NCBI GenBank assembly: GCA_963693365.1
Contig: CAVNZM010000009.1
Span: 6,195,045-6,259,044, forward strand
DNA: 64,000 nucleotides
DNA from: Amoebidium appalachense
Taxonomy: Eukaryota > Protista > Ichthyosporea
Direction: 5' to 3'
Part shown: positions 1 through 21,110 of the stretch, piece after piece
Layout: every line of letters begins with the position of its first letter
How positions within the stretch are numbered: the first letter of the stretch is position 1
Notes under the pieces: model-generated
The model's input: the letters and a program-made list of their open reading frames with translations, nothing else
Told to the model about the DNA's origin: nothing
The model's database searches: none
Made by a program: the position numbers and the translations under genes

Positions 1-385
1 TTTATTCGAAGATCAGAATAAATTCAGTTGAGTCGTGTCTAAACATTGATGTCTGTTGTGTACACTGCTCCGATCGTTCCGTGTTTTGTTGTTGTGTGTG
101 TCTGTGGTGTTTTCACACTGCACCACTGTGTCTCTGCTTACATCCTAAATACTTATAAAATTTAACAAAAGCATCTGCACACGTGTACATACACACACAA
201 ACCCACCCACGTACATACAATAACAAGCACACAACCCACACACGTGCACCCACGCACACTCCGCACAAGCAGTCACACACACATACACACACACACACAT
301 GCTGCACATACATACACTCAACACACACACACACTTTGAATGTGCAAAACAAACACACATGCTGACAGTTTTCAATTGCTTGCAG

Positions 386-1013
386 GTGGTGCAGTGTCCT
401 TCTGGAAATGGGCGTATGGTGATTTCCCCATTGGCAAGGTAGGGGAGTCAACCATACCCATGTCTTTTTCTCCGAGCCTGCCTGCGTTGTGGATGAAACA
501 TGCCCACACGGTACCACTAGGGTGGAACCCCCACCCTGCAAATTTTGTTTTGGTCATGTGTCTAAAACCATATGGCCACCCATCTACAAAGAAACTCTTT
601 CTGTCCCGAGTTGCCGTGGGAAGAGTGTTTATCAACACCCTTCCCCCCCCCCTCCCCCCCCCCCCCCCCCCAAAAAAAAAAAAAAAAAAAAAGAAGGACG
701 CACCGGCAGAAACACAAACACATACATACACACACCCACACACCCACTCTCAATCTCTCTTTCTCGTGCACACACACACGTGCACACACACACACACAGT
801 CACACACACAAAGATGCACACACGTGCACACACACACGCACACGTGCACACACACGCAATTAAATCACACACGCGCGCACGCACACACACACGTGCACAC
901 CAGACACACACCATGATATACACCCATATACACACCGCCCACCCACACACACCGTAGATCTAAATAGACTACACGTGCACGCATCGTTATTGTGACACGC
1001 ATACACACACACA

Positions 1014-1071
<58 letters not shown>

Positions 1072-1613
1072 CTGTGACACACAGCGTGCACGCACTTCAA
1101 CACAAGCACATGCATAAAAACGTTTTTGCGAGAGGGGCATGGCCTCTGGCCCCTTTTTAGCAGACGGGAGCCCCGCATTCGGCTGCCAGTATCTTTTAAT
1201 AAGTCAGAGGTTCTGGCTATTAGTTAGGTACCTGGTACGAATAATTGCTTGTGGGTCGCGGACCACAACATGAACAAAGGAACTGAACAGACAGCCAATG
1301 AAAAATAGTTCATGCGCAGCAAGAGAGCCACTCGCTGCTTGACAAGTCTCATATTTTTCTGACAGCACCTGTGACTTTTCATCAATCGTCTACAATATAA
1401 TCTAGTCACCGAAGGTCGAAGTGACCGAGCAGCCTCAGTTTGAGCTTCTACATCAAGACATATTCGATAAAAATGTCGTTAATAAAAAACAGCTGCAGCC
1501 TAAAGTTTAGAAGAAGTTGCTTGAAGGATATGCGCTTTGTCTTCTAGTTGCCCAGGAAAGCTCTTGATGCCTCCGGAGACTCATCCCCAAGCCCAGAAGT
1601 TATTTTTGGATGA
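386..1613 (+). CDS. Possible last exons of an upstream gene (product unknown)
   Basis: Candidate exon 386-438 (gctgac branch-like site, tgcag|...AAG|gtaggg; [18 protein letters not shown]) is phase-compatible with candidate terminal exon 1548-1613 (ttctag|[21 protein letters not shown]). No family recognised. Confidence 0.3.
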
Positions 1614-2103
1614 CCCAATCGTTGTGACGGCATTTCTTTTTGTTTGGGCGTCCGCCACCTGTACCCTCTCACACACGGCCCTCTGAATTCGAAAAGTTCA
1701 GCCCTGGCCGTGACCCTCTGGAAAGTGGGCGAAGATGTGACCAAGAGTCAGGAAATTTTTGGAAAAAAAAATTGTCAATAGTGAAGAGACTTTGAAGATT
1801 TAATAGAGACATATAAATATATATGTAATGGCCAGTAAATACTGCTGGAAGCCGTATCTATAAAAGCAAAGGCTTTTTTCCACAGCTTACGATGTACAGA
1901 CACATTATATTCAAACATACCATTGGTTATTTATCATAACATTATATAAGCCACATTAAGCGAAGTAAATTTTCCATCCACATTACGGTGTGTGCCGGAG
2001 GGTTTTCAGTGGAAGTTCCGGACTGCGGACTTGGTTGATTGACCAGTGTTGTTTTTTTCAAGTTCAAAAGTTCGTGACCTTGCCTCCCCTACACAACGCA
2101 AAC

Positions 2104-2895
2104 ATGGCTCGCTCTCATACGCACAAGCAAGCATACAGGTGTCCTAGCGGCGGGATTCGCAATGAGCCAAGTGCGATTCCCACGGCCGCGACCCCTCTCC
2201 ATGACTTGGCCGGAAAGCTGGCGACTGGAAAATACAAGAACGTAGTGGTTCTGTGTGGCGCCGGCATAAGGTAGGTCACCGGGGAGGACGGGGCACTGGG
2301 GAGAGGGAGGAAGGGGAGTGGGGTGAGGGGGGGGGGGGAGAGGGGGCGAAGGGAGAAGTGAGGGAGGGGAAATATCATGGTGCGCTTGTTTTTCATCAAC
2401 CTCGAGGAGAGAAGAGGGGGAAGAAGACTGAGCTATATGCAAGTGCGCTCTTACGGTTTGCTGTTTCTCTATTTGAATCTAGTTTTAGGGCTCTTTCAAC
2501 TTCTTTCTGTGACCGGAACGAGGACACCCTTTCTTGAAACTGGTGAATAATTATTAAACGTTACAAAGAATTGGCTTCTATTTTTTTAAAAAAATTGTGC
2601 GCTTTTGCCGGCACTCACCTAAGTTGCAAACAGTACCGCATCTGGCATACCGGACTTCCGTTCTGCGGCCGGGCTGTACAACCAGCTGCAGGACTTCAAG
2701 CTGGATAAACCAACCGACATGTTTGACATTGATTTCTTTCGAAAGGATCCCAAGCCCTTTTTTACGCTCGGTCAGTACTCATGTTACTACCACTCAACAC
2801 CACCGCAGATGCACCTACGCGCGCGCACGCGTGCACACACACACACAGCGTGCGCGCGCGACCCGTGAACATGTTCTCTCGTGCCCATCTGCCCC

Positions 2896-2938
<43 letters not shown>

Positions 2939-3138
2939 ACCACCACCACCACAAGCAACACCCCTAGGTGCACACACACACACACACGCTGCCGACATGT
3001 ATACACATACATATCCTGAACGAGTGATCAACGCATCACCCTGCATTTTCGAAAGGCATGCACAAGTGTACGTGCGTGCAGGCATCCGTGGAACTGGTGT
3101 ATGAGTCGTTGAAGAAACTGAATGTTGTGGCTGCTTAT

Positions 3139-3176
<38 letters not shown>

Positions 3177-3491
3177 CAGCACAATACTCGCGCTGCATCA
3201 CAACGGCACAAGGCCAGGTGGACATACGTGTCCACAAGCTCAGGCACGCACCGTGCACATGCACAAGTATGTGTGTATGCTCTTACGAAAGTATACACAG
3301 ACATACACAGGCATGCACCCTAACGCAAACATGCACACTTCTGTGGTACATACTTGTGCTTTCACATACTTGCGTGATGCCACATGCATACACACACGTA
3401 CCAGCATTTGCACAAGCACACACGCCCGTACAACACACGTACACACACACTACTTCCCCACCCACACAGACACGCACACCACTTACCCTTC

Positions 3492-3530
<39 letters not shown>

Positions 3531-4603
3531 CCCACACACACACACACACACACAGCAAAGCGCCTGTACCCAGGCAGCTACCTGCCAAATGCAGCACACT
3601 ACTTTCTGCGTCTTCTTCATGCGAATGGTTCTCTGCTACGCGTCTACACACAGAACATTGACGGCCTGGAGAAAAGTACGTTTTCTTGTGGGGTGTGTGT
3701 GTGAGTGTGAGTGTGTGTGTGTGTTTGTGTGTGTGTGTGCGCATGCGCGTGCGTGTGTGCCTCGCTTGTAGAGCTGGGCATTTGTTTTCCCCCTTTTTTT
3801 TTTTTTTTTTTTTTTTTTTTGGTGTGTGTGTGGGGGGGGGGGGGGGGGGGGGGGGGTAATATGTGTGTCTGTGTATCTGGTGGGTACACCTGTGCAATCC
3901 AACTGCATGCTGTATAGATACACCCCACCACCACCCTACGGTGTGCACCGTTTCAGATGAATCCACCCGGGTAGCATTTGATACTCCCTCCAATACTATT
4001 TACCATATTCATCTCTTCGCTAGTGTCTGGATAGGCCGTGTGGTTCTTCGTGCACCTAGTTTATTGCTATATTAATTAAAGTACACCTCCCCTGCCCACC
4101 ATATAAGAGCTGGTAGGGGGCCGTTTTAACTGTCTCGCATATATCTCCCTATTCAGTGTCCTCCATTCTAGCACCTCACTACTGCACGTATATCTTCCTC
4201 TCCAGTATCCTACCTGAAAATTCTACCATAACTCTGCACTATCTCACGGATGTCTTCCTATCCAGTGCCCAACTTTTACAGCCAACATTTCACTATCTCA
4301 CGTGTATCTCCCCTTTTTCAGTGTCTGGCCTCAGCAGCAACATCCTCATTGAGTCACACGGCACGTTTGCCTCTGCCCACTGCACGAAATGCCATAAGGA
4401 GGTCAACCCCACGGCAGTTAAAGAGGCGATATTTGGCAACGAGATACCTCACTGCACCGACCCGAAATGCAATGTGGGTGTTCTTTAACAGGATTGCATC
4501 TACATATGCATGCAGGGATTTTTTTTTCTTTTTAAAAAGAATCTTCCACACATGCGAAGACCATTTAGGAGAAAATTTATCTACACACGGACAGTCTTTT
4601 TTT

Positions 4604-4642
<39 letters not shown>

Positions 4643-4748
4643 ATGAAAACCTGTCTGCTTTGCTTTTATACTACCCTTGTTCAGCATCTGCACTCTTTCT
4701 TTGTACCTTATAACAGATGCAAACGCAGCCCCCCCCCCCCCCCCCCCC

Positions 4749-4809
<61 letters not shown>

Positions 4810-5420
4810 TATAACAACAAGAAGAAGAGGAAGAGAGAGAGATAGGGAGGGAGGGAGGGAGAAAGAGAGAGAGAGAGGGAAGGAGGGACGGGGGGGGGGG
4901 GGGGGGGGGGGGAGAATGAGGGAGGTAGACTTCTCCTGCTCACAACCACTAACCCCATCTACATTTTGCACCTGATTCTAACCATGTTTTTACCCAACCA
5001 TGTACAGGGGATCGTCAAACCCGACATCACCTTTTTCGGTGAGGCTCTTCCACGCAAATTTCAAAAAACGATCGCAGGTGATTTGAAAAAATGCGACCTT
5101 CTCATCGTAATGGGCACATCTCTAAAAGCCCAACCTTTTGCCAGCCTCCCTGGAAAAGTCGGAAAAAACGTTCCCCGCCTGCTCATAAACAACGAAAAAG
5201 TGGGTCCTTTCGTCTCTCTCAACGGACACTATGTTCCTCCCCCGTCCGGTGTTGTTATGGAGGGGGTGAGTGTGGGTACGCCCGAGGATTTGCTGACGAC
5301 TAAGGTGGCGGGGCTGTCACTGAAGAATGAGGGTGCTGGTGGGGCGAAAAGGGTGACGTGCGATGTTCCTGAGGAGGTAAACCTCTCTATCTTTCTCTCT
5401 CTCTCTCTCTCTCCCCCCCC

Positions 5421-5451
<31 letters not shown>

Positions 5452-5776
5452 ACATTATGCACACTCTTTGTGTGGTTTGCGCGCTGCATTATTTTGTTTG
5501 CTATGAATATGTACTTCGCGCTCTCACGCATTTGCCCCCCCCCCCCCCCCCCCAAAAAAAAAAAAAAAAAAAAAAAAAAAACACCATAACTCCCAACACA
5601 AGACAAGACACACATGCATGATCGATCACAGAGACACACAAACACACGCACACACGCACACACGGACACACGCGCACGCGCACACATGCATATCAACGGA
5701 CCCGCACGACCACACACAGACACACACACACGAAGCACGCACACAAACAAACCTGCACATGCGATTGTGCACATAT

Positions 5777-5828
<52 letters not shown>

Positions 5829-6023
5829 GAACCGACTGCTTGCATACACGGGTAGGCGTGTCTGAATCCTTGCCAACAATTGCACAAGACCTACAGAGTT
5901 TGCAGTGTTCTGCGTGTGTGCACACGGTCTGGTTTCCCGATATCCAGCCACTTTTTTTTTTTTTTTTTTAACTTCCCGAGGTTTTTTTTTGGGGGGGGGG
6001 GTTGGGTTGAATTTCTGGTCCCA

Positions 6024-6068
<45 letters not shown>

Positions 6069-6668
6069 AACGTCCCTGTTTGTGCCTCTCCCCACCCTTC
6101 TTAATTTTCTTCTTTTTTCTTTTTTTTTTTCCCTGCCCTTTCCCTCCTCCTCATTTTCTGGTTTTTCATGTGCAGGGAGCCAGTGCTCTTCCCCATTCCA
6201 CTGAAATTGTCGCCAGGGTGGATGTCACGCGTGTTGGCCTGTAAGTGCCCACCGCTTTACTTCCTTGCAACCGGGCATGGTTGCTCTGTGTCGTGCATCT
6301 GTAGGCACATACACATTTTTCGCTGCACTGCATTAGTTTGCACATACATCTGCACCGTTTTGCTCACCTTGCTTGCATAAGCAACCCTGCTCGTCTTTGA
6401 TCAAGACGGGTTGACCCGCCCAAGTTCAGTTGATGCTGCTGTCTGAGTTGGAGCGTCGTATATACACGGGCTAAGGGGTCGAAACTCAGACACAATTGAT
6501 GACTTGGGTCCTCCCTGAGGATGGGCTCTGCTTATGACGCATACTGTGCACATGGCTGATGTTGCATACTTGAATGTTTGCCTTTGCATGTGTCCTGCAC
6601 CATGCTTCTCGTCGTGTATGCGTACTTCGTACCGTGTTCCGCATTCAAACCCCCCCCCCCCCCCCCCT

Positions 6669-6718
<50 letters not shown>

Positions 6719-7300
6719 ACCCTCCTCTCTCGCTCTCTCTATCCCTCCACCCCCCTCCCCTCTTCTCCCCCCCCCTCCCCCCCCCCCCTCCCCCCCTCCT
6801 CTACTCCCCGCCTTGATGGGCGGATGTGAACACGCAAAACCCCCGCACACCCTCACGACCCGTAAATCAACACAGTCACGCCACTACCTGTACCACCAAA
6901 ACACAAGTACAACTCCGCACGCACACACAATGAACACATAGGCGTAAAAGCATGGAGTTGTCGTTCTGCCCCCAAAAGCACACTCTGCCCTTTCCAGGCG
7001 CTTTTTATGCCCAAGTTGATACTGCATTCCGACCTTTCCTTGGCCCCATCCCCTTCTTCTCCCTATTTCCCCCCTTCTCTAACATACACACACATTCGCA
7101 CGTCTGCCGAGAGACAGCACACACGCACACAGACACGCCCATCGAGAGACAAATACGCATCGGCACCCACTTCCACCCACCCACACAAACACCTAACACA
7201 CACACACACACTCTCTCTCTCTCCCTCTCTCTCGTGTGGGTATGTGTACGTGTGTGCGCGTGTGCGCGTGTGCGTGCGTGCGTGCCTGTGGAAGTAGCGT

Positions 7301-7346
<46 letters not shown>

Positions 7347-7769
7347 TTCCCGTTCTGTCTGCTTCTGACACACACACTCTCTACTCTCCCCCACCCCCCC
7401 CTCCCCCCCAACACACACGCACACATACACACCACACACACACACACAAGCCCCCTTTTTCTCTTTCTCCCCTCATTCGCACACACACACACACACACAC
7501 ATACCTCCCCCAAACACCACCACCCTCCGTCCTTCCCTGACACACACACACATTCACACACACACACACCATCACCCTCCGTCCTTCCCTAACCCACACA
7601 CTCACACACACACACAAACACTCACACACACACACACCCCTCCTTCAACACCACTGCCCTCCCTCCTTCCCTTATACACACACGAACACACACACACGCA
7701 CGCACACACATACACTCACACCTCCCCCAACACCCCCGCCCTCCCCCCCCTCCCCCCCCCCCCCCCCCC

Positions 7770-7815
<46 letters not shown>

Positions 7816-7952
7816 ACACACACAGTACGGACAAAGGTCGTGACATGGCTCTACTAGGAGACATCACGGACTGTGTGCACCTGCTTGCATCCCTCACTGG
7901 GTGGCACCAGCACTTCCTGCACATCATAGCTCAGGGCACAGCCGCAGCTTGA
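2104..7952 (+). CDS. NAD-dependent deacylase, class I sirtuin (SIRT2/SIRT3/Hst2-like), 7 exons
   Basis: Exons 2104-2270, 2634-2770, 3556-3675, 4322-4473, 5008-5376, 6176-6240 and 7826-7952 are all GT-AG and phase-consistent. Motifs: [36 protein letters not shown]...CTDPKC (Zn site), [41 protein letters not shown]...LTGW. Confidence 0.93.
6252..6650 (+). mobile_element. ~400-nt structured dispersed repeat, full copy in sirtuin intron 6
   Basis: Near-identical reverse complement of the units at 41094-42358. It starts 11 nt after the donor at 6241 (ccgctttacttcc...) and ends ...cgcattcaaac followed by poly-C. Confidence 0.8.
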
Positions 7953-8370
7953 CTAGCCGCCCAATCAGAAATTGGGAAAAGTAGGCACGTGATCGACACG
8001 TCACAGGAGGGGTATGTTCTCCCCCTCTCTCCCCTCCCCCCCCCCTCCCCCCCCCCCCCCCCCCCCCCCTGGCTCGTCTTTCTCTATACCTTTTTTTTAA
8101 GAGGATCGGCTCTATTCATGACTCGTATTCGGAAATTATCTGTGTGCATTGCGAAGAGTTCGTTGGGTTCCTCTCCCCCCCCCCCCCCCCCCCCCCCCCT
8201 CTCTCTCTGCCCCCCGTCACCAGAGATAAACTCTACTCATGGTTCATACTCTTTCTGTGTGCCTTGGGAAGTCTGGATTTGTCGGTCTTGAATGTGTACA
8301 TAGGTTTGGCCACGCATACCTAACCCCCCTCCCCCCTTCTCCCCTCTGACATCCCTTTTAGCTGCCCCTT

Positions 8371-8400
<30 letters not shown>

Positions 8401-8401
<1 letters not shown>

Positions 8402-8556
8402 CGAGGGGAATAGGTCGAAACTCGGGTACTGTGGATGACGTGGGCCCCCCCTGAGGATGGGCTCTGCTTATTATGCATACTCTTTATGTATGGCTTGCAT
8501 TCTGCATCGTGTTATCCGTTTGTTCTTGTGTACTTCGTACTTTTTGACGCATTCAA

Positions 8557-8591
<35 letters not shown>

Positions 8592-8933
8592 GGAGCTTCC
8601 TAGAAGCCCCGTCTCCTGAGTTCCTATCTATATTTTTCCTGCTTCTGCTTACTGCTGCAACTTTAACCCCCGGCCTTTCCCACTGCCCTTGCCTGCATAA
8701 GCAACCCTGCTCGTCTCTGATCAAGACGGGTGACCTACCCATGTTCATGTGAATCAGTATCTGAGTTGGGTTTCGTTAACGAGGTGAATAGGTCGAAACT
8801 CGGGTACTGTGGATGACGTGGGCCCCCCCTGAGGATGGGCTCTGCTTATTATGCATACTCTTCATGTATGGCTTGCATTCTGCATCGTGTTATCCGTTTG
8901 TTCTTGTGTACTTCGTACTTTTTGACGCATTCA

Positions 8934-8936
<3 letters not shown>
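8401..8936 (+). mobile_element. Diverged subfamily of the same repeat, partial tandem pair (period 378)
   Basis: 8401-8559 is repeated at ~8779-8936. It shares ggtcgaaactc, cctgaggatgggctctgctta, gcataagcaaccctgctcgtc..tgatcaagacggg, tacttcgtac and gcattcaaa+poly-C with 6252-6650. Confidence 0.75.
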
Positions 8937-8994
<58 letters not shown>

Positions 8995-9090
8995 ACACAC
9001 ACAAAGAAGGAAAGAAAGAAAGAAAAAGAAAACACCCACCCACGACTACCATTTGTGCATGGGTACCGGACTTGCACCATTTTTTCTTTT

Positions 9091-9131
<41 letters not shown>

Positions 9132-11362
9132 TTGTTGTTTTGGAGGGAGGAGGGGAGGGGGGGGGGGGGGGGGGGGGGGGGGGTCTTATGCAAGGCAAAT
9201 GGATTGCTGTTTTCTGACTACTCGTTTCGTTTTCAGGTCTGGACACAAGGAACGGGCTGAAACCGGCCAGCAGTGGGGAAGACCGTGTGACGGTGGGAGC
9301 TAGAGGAGGCTGGATATATCCGGTGGGGATATTTGCGGGATATTCGATCAATTGGATATTTTGTATGTTTTTGTTTTCGTAAAGAATGTCTGCAATCGTA
9401 TAAAACACCAAAAAAAAAAAAGCCGGAATATGGATTTTATGGTTTGTTTATCATTGTAGGGTTGGACTGGGTGGTATCATTTATACATAGATTGGGAGGC
9501 TATTTTAGGCACCTATGATGGGATAGATATGAATGTATCTTACGTTATAACGTACGATACTGAGAAGTGATGTGTAGGTGATGGTAAAATTTCTCGCTTC
9601 TAAATCTTGAGGGGGGTTTATACTAGCATGATCAAATCCAAAAGTTCGGCAATCACTGGAATGCATCGGTATTGTAGGTTAGATTGTATTAGATTAGATC
9701 TTGGAAGTTCGCGCTTTGTGTAATGAAGTCCCTTATAAAACCACCTTATAATTATGATTGCATGCCAAAGATGGGGATGGCCACAATTGGAAATCACAAC
9801 CTTTTAAAACCCCCCTGTAGTTTATTTACTCACGGTGGTGCATGTAACCAGATTTGAAACAATTGTACTATCGCGACTATGAAAATTCTCGACGCATGAA
9901 TATATCAATGGTTAATTTTCAAAATAAAAATAAAAACTGATGGACCCGTGTAAAACTCCGCAAATTTGCCTACATACCTCTTATCGTTGTGGAATACAGA
10001 CTGCACCCGCCGAAGAACTCCGGTACGTGGCAGTCACCCCCCTCCCCCCCTCCCCCCCCCCCCCCCCCCCCGCGCCCCACACACACACACAAAAGAAAAA
10101 AGATGGAAAGGGGAAAAAAAAACGCCGCCACCAGTCTGAGGTGACCATGCGCCTGGGCCCACCCACCCGTCTAAAAACAAATAGAACAAAAAAAGTGGTG
10201 GTGGGTGGGTGGGTGGGTTGTGGGGGCGGCGGCCGGGGGGGGGGGGGGGGGGGGGGGGGGGTTTAAAAAAAAACAAAAAAAGCTAGCGTGATATGAAGTC
10301 ATCCGTTATGCAACCCATGGCCACTGGGCATACTCTATAGCTATGTGTTGTGAATACTCGAGCTTACATATCTCGCGATCGAGCGGTACTTGAGCTTCGG
10401 GGGAAGGTATGTGAAGCCTTCAGGCTGAATGCGGTATGTGCCTTCACACGGGGCAGCAAGAAACTTTGAAAAACCATAATGATTCCGTGTGGTGCACGGT
10501 GCGTGCGCGCGGGTGCATGAGCACGTGCGCATGCATGGGTATATGTGTGTGTGTGTGAGCGTGACGTTTGTGTGTATGACGTACACGTCGTGTGCACGGG
10601 GTGGAATCCGATGTGCATGTACGTGTGCATGTGTGTACGTGGGTGTGTCTGTACACGTGTGTGTGTGTGTGCGTGTCTGGATGATGTACACACGTGGAGG
10701 CCGTGGTGGTGGTGACGAACCTGGTGGTGGGGGGGGGGGGGGGGGGGGGGGGGTTGTCAACTGGAGGAGTCAAGCTGAAAGGGAGCTTTATTATTTGTCC
10801 TCTGACAAAGTTTTGAGGACGATCAGAGTCGGACCAAACCCGACTGGCATATCCCAGCAATTGCAAAGGAGTGTAATTTGCATAGTGTGGGTGGTCGGTT
10901 TTACCACCTATACTGAATATGCCATTCAATGGTGCAAAGCACACGCAATACAACCTTTTGTTCTACTACGATATATATGCGCAAAGTATTATCAACCAAA
11001 CACAAAGATATTTTTTTACGGAGTTACAGCATGCGTTGGAGGTGTTGTTTACATGTACTGGGGTGTTTTTTCAGTGACCCTTTAAGGGGGAAAATATTAA
11101 AGATTTCTAGAGTCCTAGAAGAGTCATACACCTCGGATACTATTACTATCCGCTCGCCAACGCTTTACAAGTTTCAACTAAATAGTGTCGATTTACTGAA
11201 CTATCTACCAAATTTCCATGCGGATACCAGAACAGCCCACATTGCTCAAATTAAATACACAGCGGCGCTAAACCTAAACTAATAACAGCGTCTTGTCTTG
11301 ATGAAGGCTGTGGTACAGTGTCTCGGGGGCAGAACCCTCCTTGGCAGGCTTACAGAGCTGTT

Positions 11363-11401
<39 letters not shown>

Positions 11402-11772
11402 AGGGGGGGGGGGTGGTAGGGGAAGGAGGGGGAAGAGTGTCCGTGGATTCTTCACAAAGGCCAATAACGAAAATGACAACAACATAGTTAATGTTTAAGG
11501 TGTATGGTTCTTTCAAAACCAAAAGAGGGAAAATCAATACGAAAAATGATAAACATCCCGTCTCACACACACGAAGCATAATGATTCTGTCCTCCAGACA
11601 CACAAAACACACAAAACACACACACACAAAACATGCACACACGCGCACCGTTTTAAAACGCATACAGACACTCACATCGACGTCCTCCCGCTCACACCAA
11701 GCTTCAGGCGAAGGTTACAAACACACCCGCACACCCACACACGTGCGCGAGGGCGCAGACACACACACACAC

Positions 11773-18694
<6,922 letters not shown>

Positions 18695-20097
18695 TTTCGG
18701 CTATTTGGGGACCCAATTTTTTTTAGGACATCGGCAAAATTTCCAATTTTTGGCAACTGATCGAGGGAAGGCGATTGGAGGCCTCAGAAAAGACGGGATC
18801 CCGTCACCCAACCGACCCTTAGTTAGTTGAAACTGTTTGAAAGACGGAGTTTTTGAGGAGGTTGATGGGGGGTGGCACGAGTCACCGAACGTTGTGTTCG
18901 GTCATCTGAACAACACCGAGTCATATGAGGAATCACCAGCAACCAAAAATAGAACGCAGGCAGAACAAGGGAGTAGCCTTCAGTTGATGACGACATGAAT
19001 TGCCACCCCATGACGCAGTTCAACATATGTATCCACGGCTAGCAGCCTGTAGCAGGGGAGCTGAGGGTCTTTGGTCTACGTTGGTCTAGAGCCTTCCACC
19101 ATGAGCCTCGATTTACGTGATTGTCAGCTTGTGTACTAATGGGGTCGTGCGGAGGCCACAAACCAGTTGAACTTCGTTTTTACCTGCAAACAAAAGCATT
19201 GCAACAAGAAACTGGGAATGCATACTACTATTATACACATGGAAAGTATGCATATACTGAGTTCAGTAAGTCCACAGGCTTTGTATTTGCTGTTTTGCCC
19301 ACATGTCTACATAAATAGCCCAACTCACGAATGCAACCAAGTAGAAATGCATGAGAGCACGGCCCTCTGTGTTTTCAGAGGGCCGTGATGAGAGTGTCCA
19401 ATAGTCACGACTACATAAGTGAAGTGGAACACGTGCGCGTTGTAGGCTTATTGTCAGTGTCACGTCTGGAGATAAAAAAAAGTCAGTGATCGAATTCGAA
19501 TTCTAAAATTTTGAATACTGAATGTGTGATCTTACCCTTTTCAAATTTCAATCTATTAGTACGAAAGGTGTTACAAACCTTTCAGTTTTCCGCCCTCCTC
19601 TAAAGAAATAATAATTCATATCCTTTTCAAAGTCCTTGCCAAATTCTGGGAGGTCTTATGTAGTTTTTCATCGGAGGCTTTGTGCCTCTGACTCGGAGGC
19701 GTTGGTACATTGGAATGCACGGCACTTGAGGGCACATTCCTCAATGTGCGGTAAATCTCCCAGGGTTTTAACTTCAAGTAGCAGCCCCCCCCCCCCCCCC
19801 CCCCCCCCTCCCCCCCCCACCCTCCCCCCCCCCCCCCCCCCCCTTCCCCCCCTCCCGGCCCCGCCCAGGCCTGCTGAGCTGATACGGGGTGGGCATCAAC
19901 TCCACCTCATACTGTAAATTCCTTGTGAAATACTGTACTTGGACTTGTGGAAAACATCTGCGTTGATATGAATAGGTACGCCCGGCCCTTGCGTCATGAC
20001 GCGGGAGCTGAACTTTCTTGTGAACGACTCTGAGAATTCCGCCTGCAGGCTAGGGCCGCCCGGTCGGCCCGGCGCCGGGGCCGAGGGGAAGGGAGGG

Positions 20098-20133
<36 letters not shown>

Positions 20134-20283
20134 ATTGTAGGATGTGAAATCAGTCATCAGTGTCAAGTGGTCCGACATCAATGATATTTCAGAGGCAAGG
20201 TAACGGCACGCTGTGCTGAGACGGGTGGGTGCGCACTGATGATCCGCAATTATCTCTCTCTCTCAGACTCTCTCTCTCTCAGA

Positions 20284-20410
<127 letters not shown>

Positions 20411-20558
20411 CTCTCTCTCTCTCTGAGACTATCTCTCTCTCTCTCCCACACACACGCTCTCTCTCTCCCTCTCTCTCCCTCCCTCTCTCTCCCTTTCTCT
20501 CTCTCTCTCTTTGTGCTCTCTCTCTCTCTCTCTATCTCCCCCCCCCCCCCCCCCCCCG

Positions 20559-20589
<31 letters not shown>

Positions 20590-20721
20590 CCCGAGGCTAT
20601 CTCTCTCTCTCTCTCCCCCGTCCTCATTCTCCTCTCTCTCTCTAAGGCCCCCCCCTTCCCTCTCTGGCTCTCCGTCACTCTCTCCTCCGCCCAGTCTCTC
20701 CCCCAGTTCTCTAGAGATCTC

Positions 20722-20761
<40 letters not shown>

Positions 20762-21032
20762 TCTCTCTACCCGTCCGGCCCCTCTCTCCCCCCTCCCCCC
20801 CCCCTTCCCCGGGCAAGGCTTGAGTTGCTTGCTCTCCCCGACACCCCCCCCCCCCCCCTCTATCTGTCTCTCTGTCTCTCTGTCTCTCTCTCTCTGTGTG
20901 CGTGTGTGTCTCGATCGCTCTCCCCCCTCTCTCGCTCGCTCGCTCGCTCGCTCACACATACACACACCGTGAGCCGCCCCCCTCCCCCTTCCCTCTCCGC
21001 CCTCCCCACCTCTAGCTCGCACACACTCACGA

Positions 21033-21110
<78 letters not shown>

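Noticed and set aside
6268-6310. Resemblance of the repeat 5' end (accgggcatggttgc..ctgtag) to the 7SL/Alu 5' end
   Set aside because: The similarity is short, and no SRP helix 6/8 motifs were found.
6478-6530. Hammerhead ribozyme in the structured repeat (GAAAC...GTC...CTGAGGA)
   Set aside because: Only 4 nt lie between the putative cleavage triplet and CUGAGGA, so there is no stem I. The 41-kb copies have GCC rather than GUC, and the segment forms a simple hairpin instead.
10330-11360. Further 3' exons of the EGF/PAN gene
   Set aside because: Candidate segments contain stops or have incompatible phases, so no consistent model could be built.
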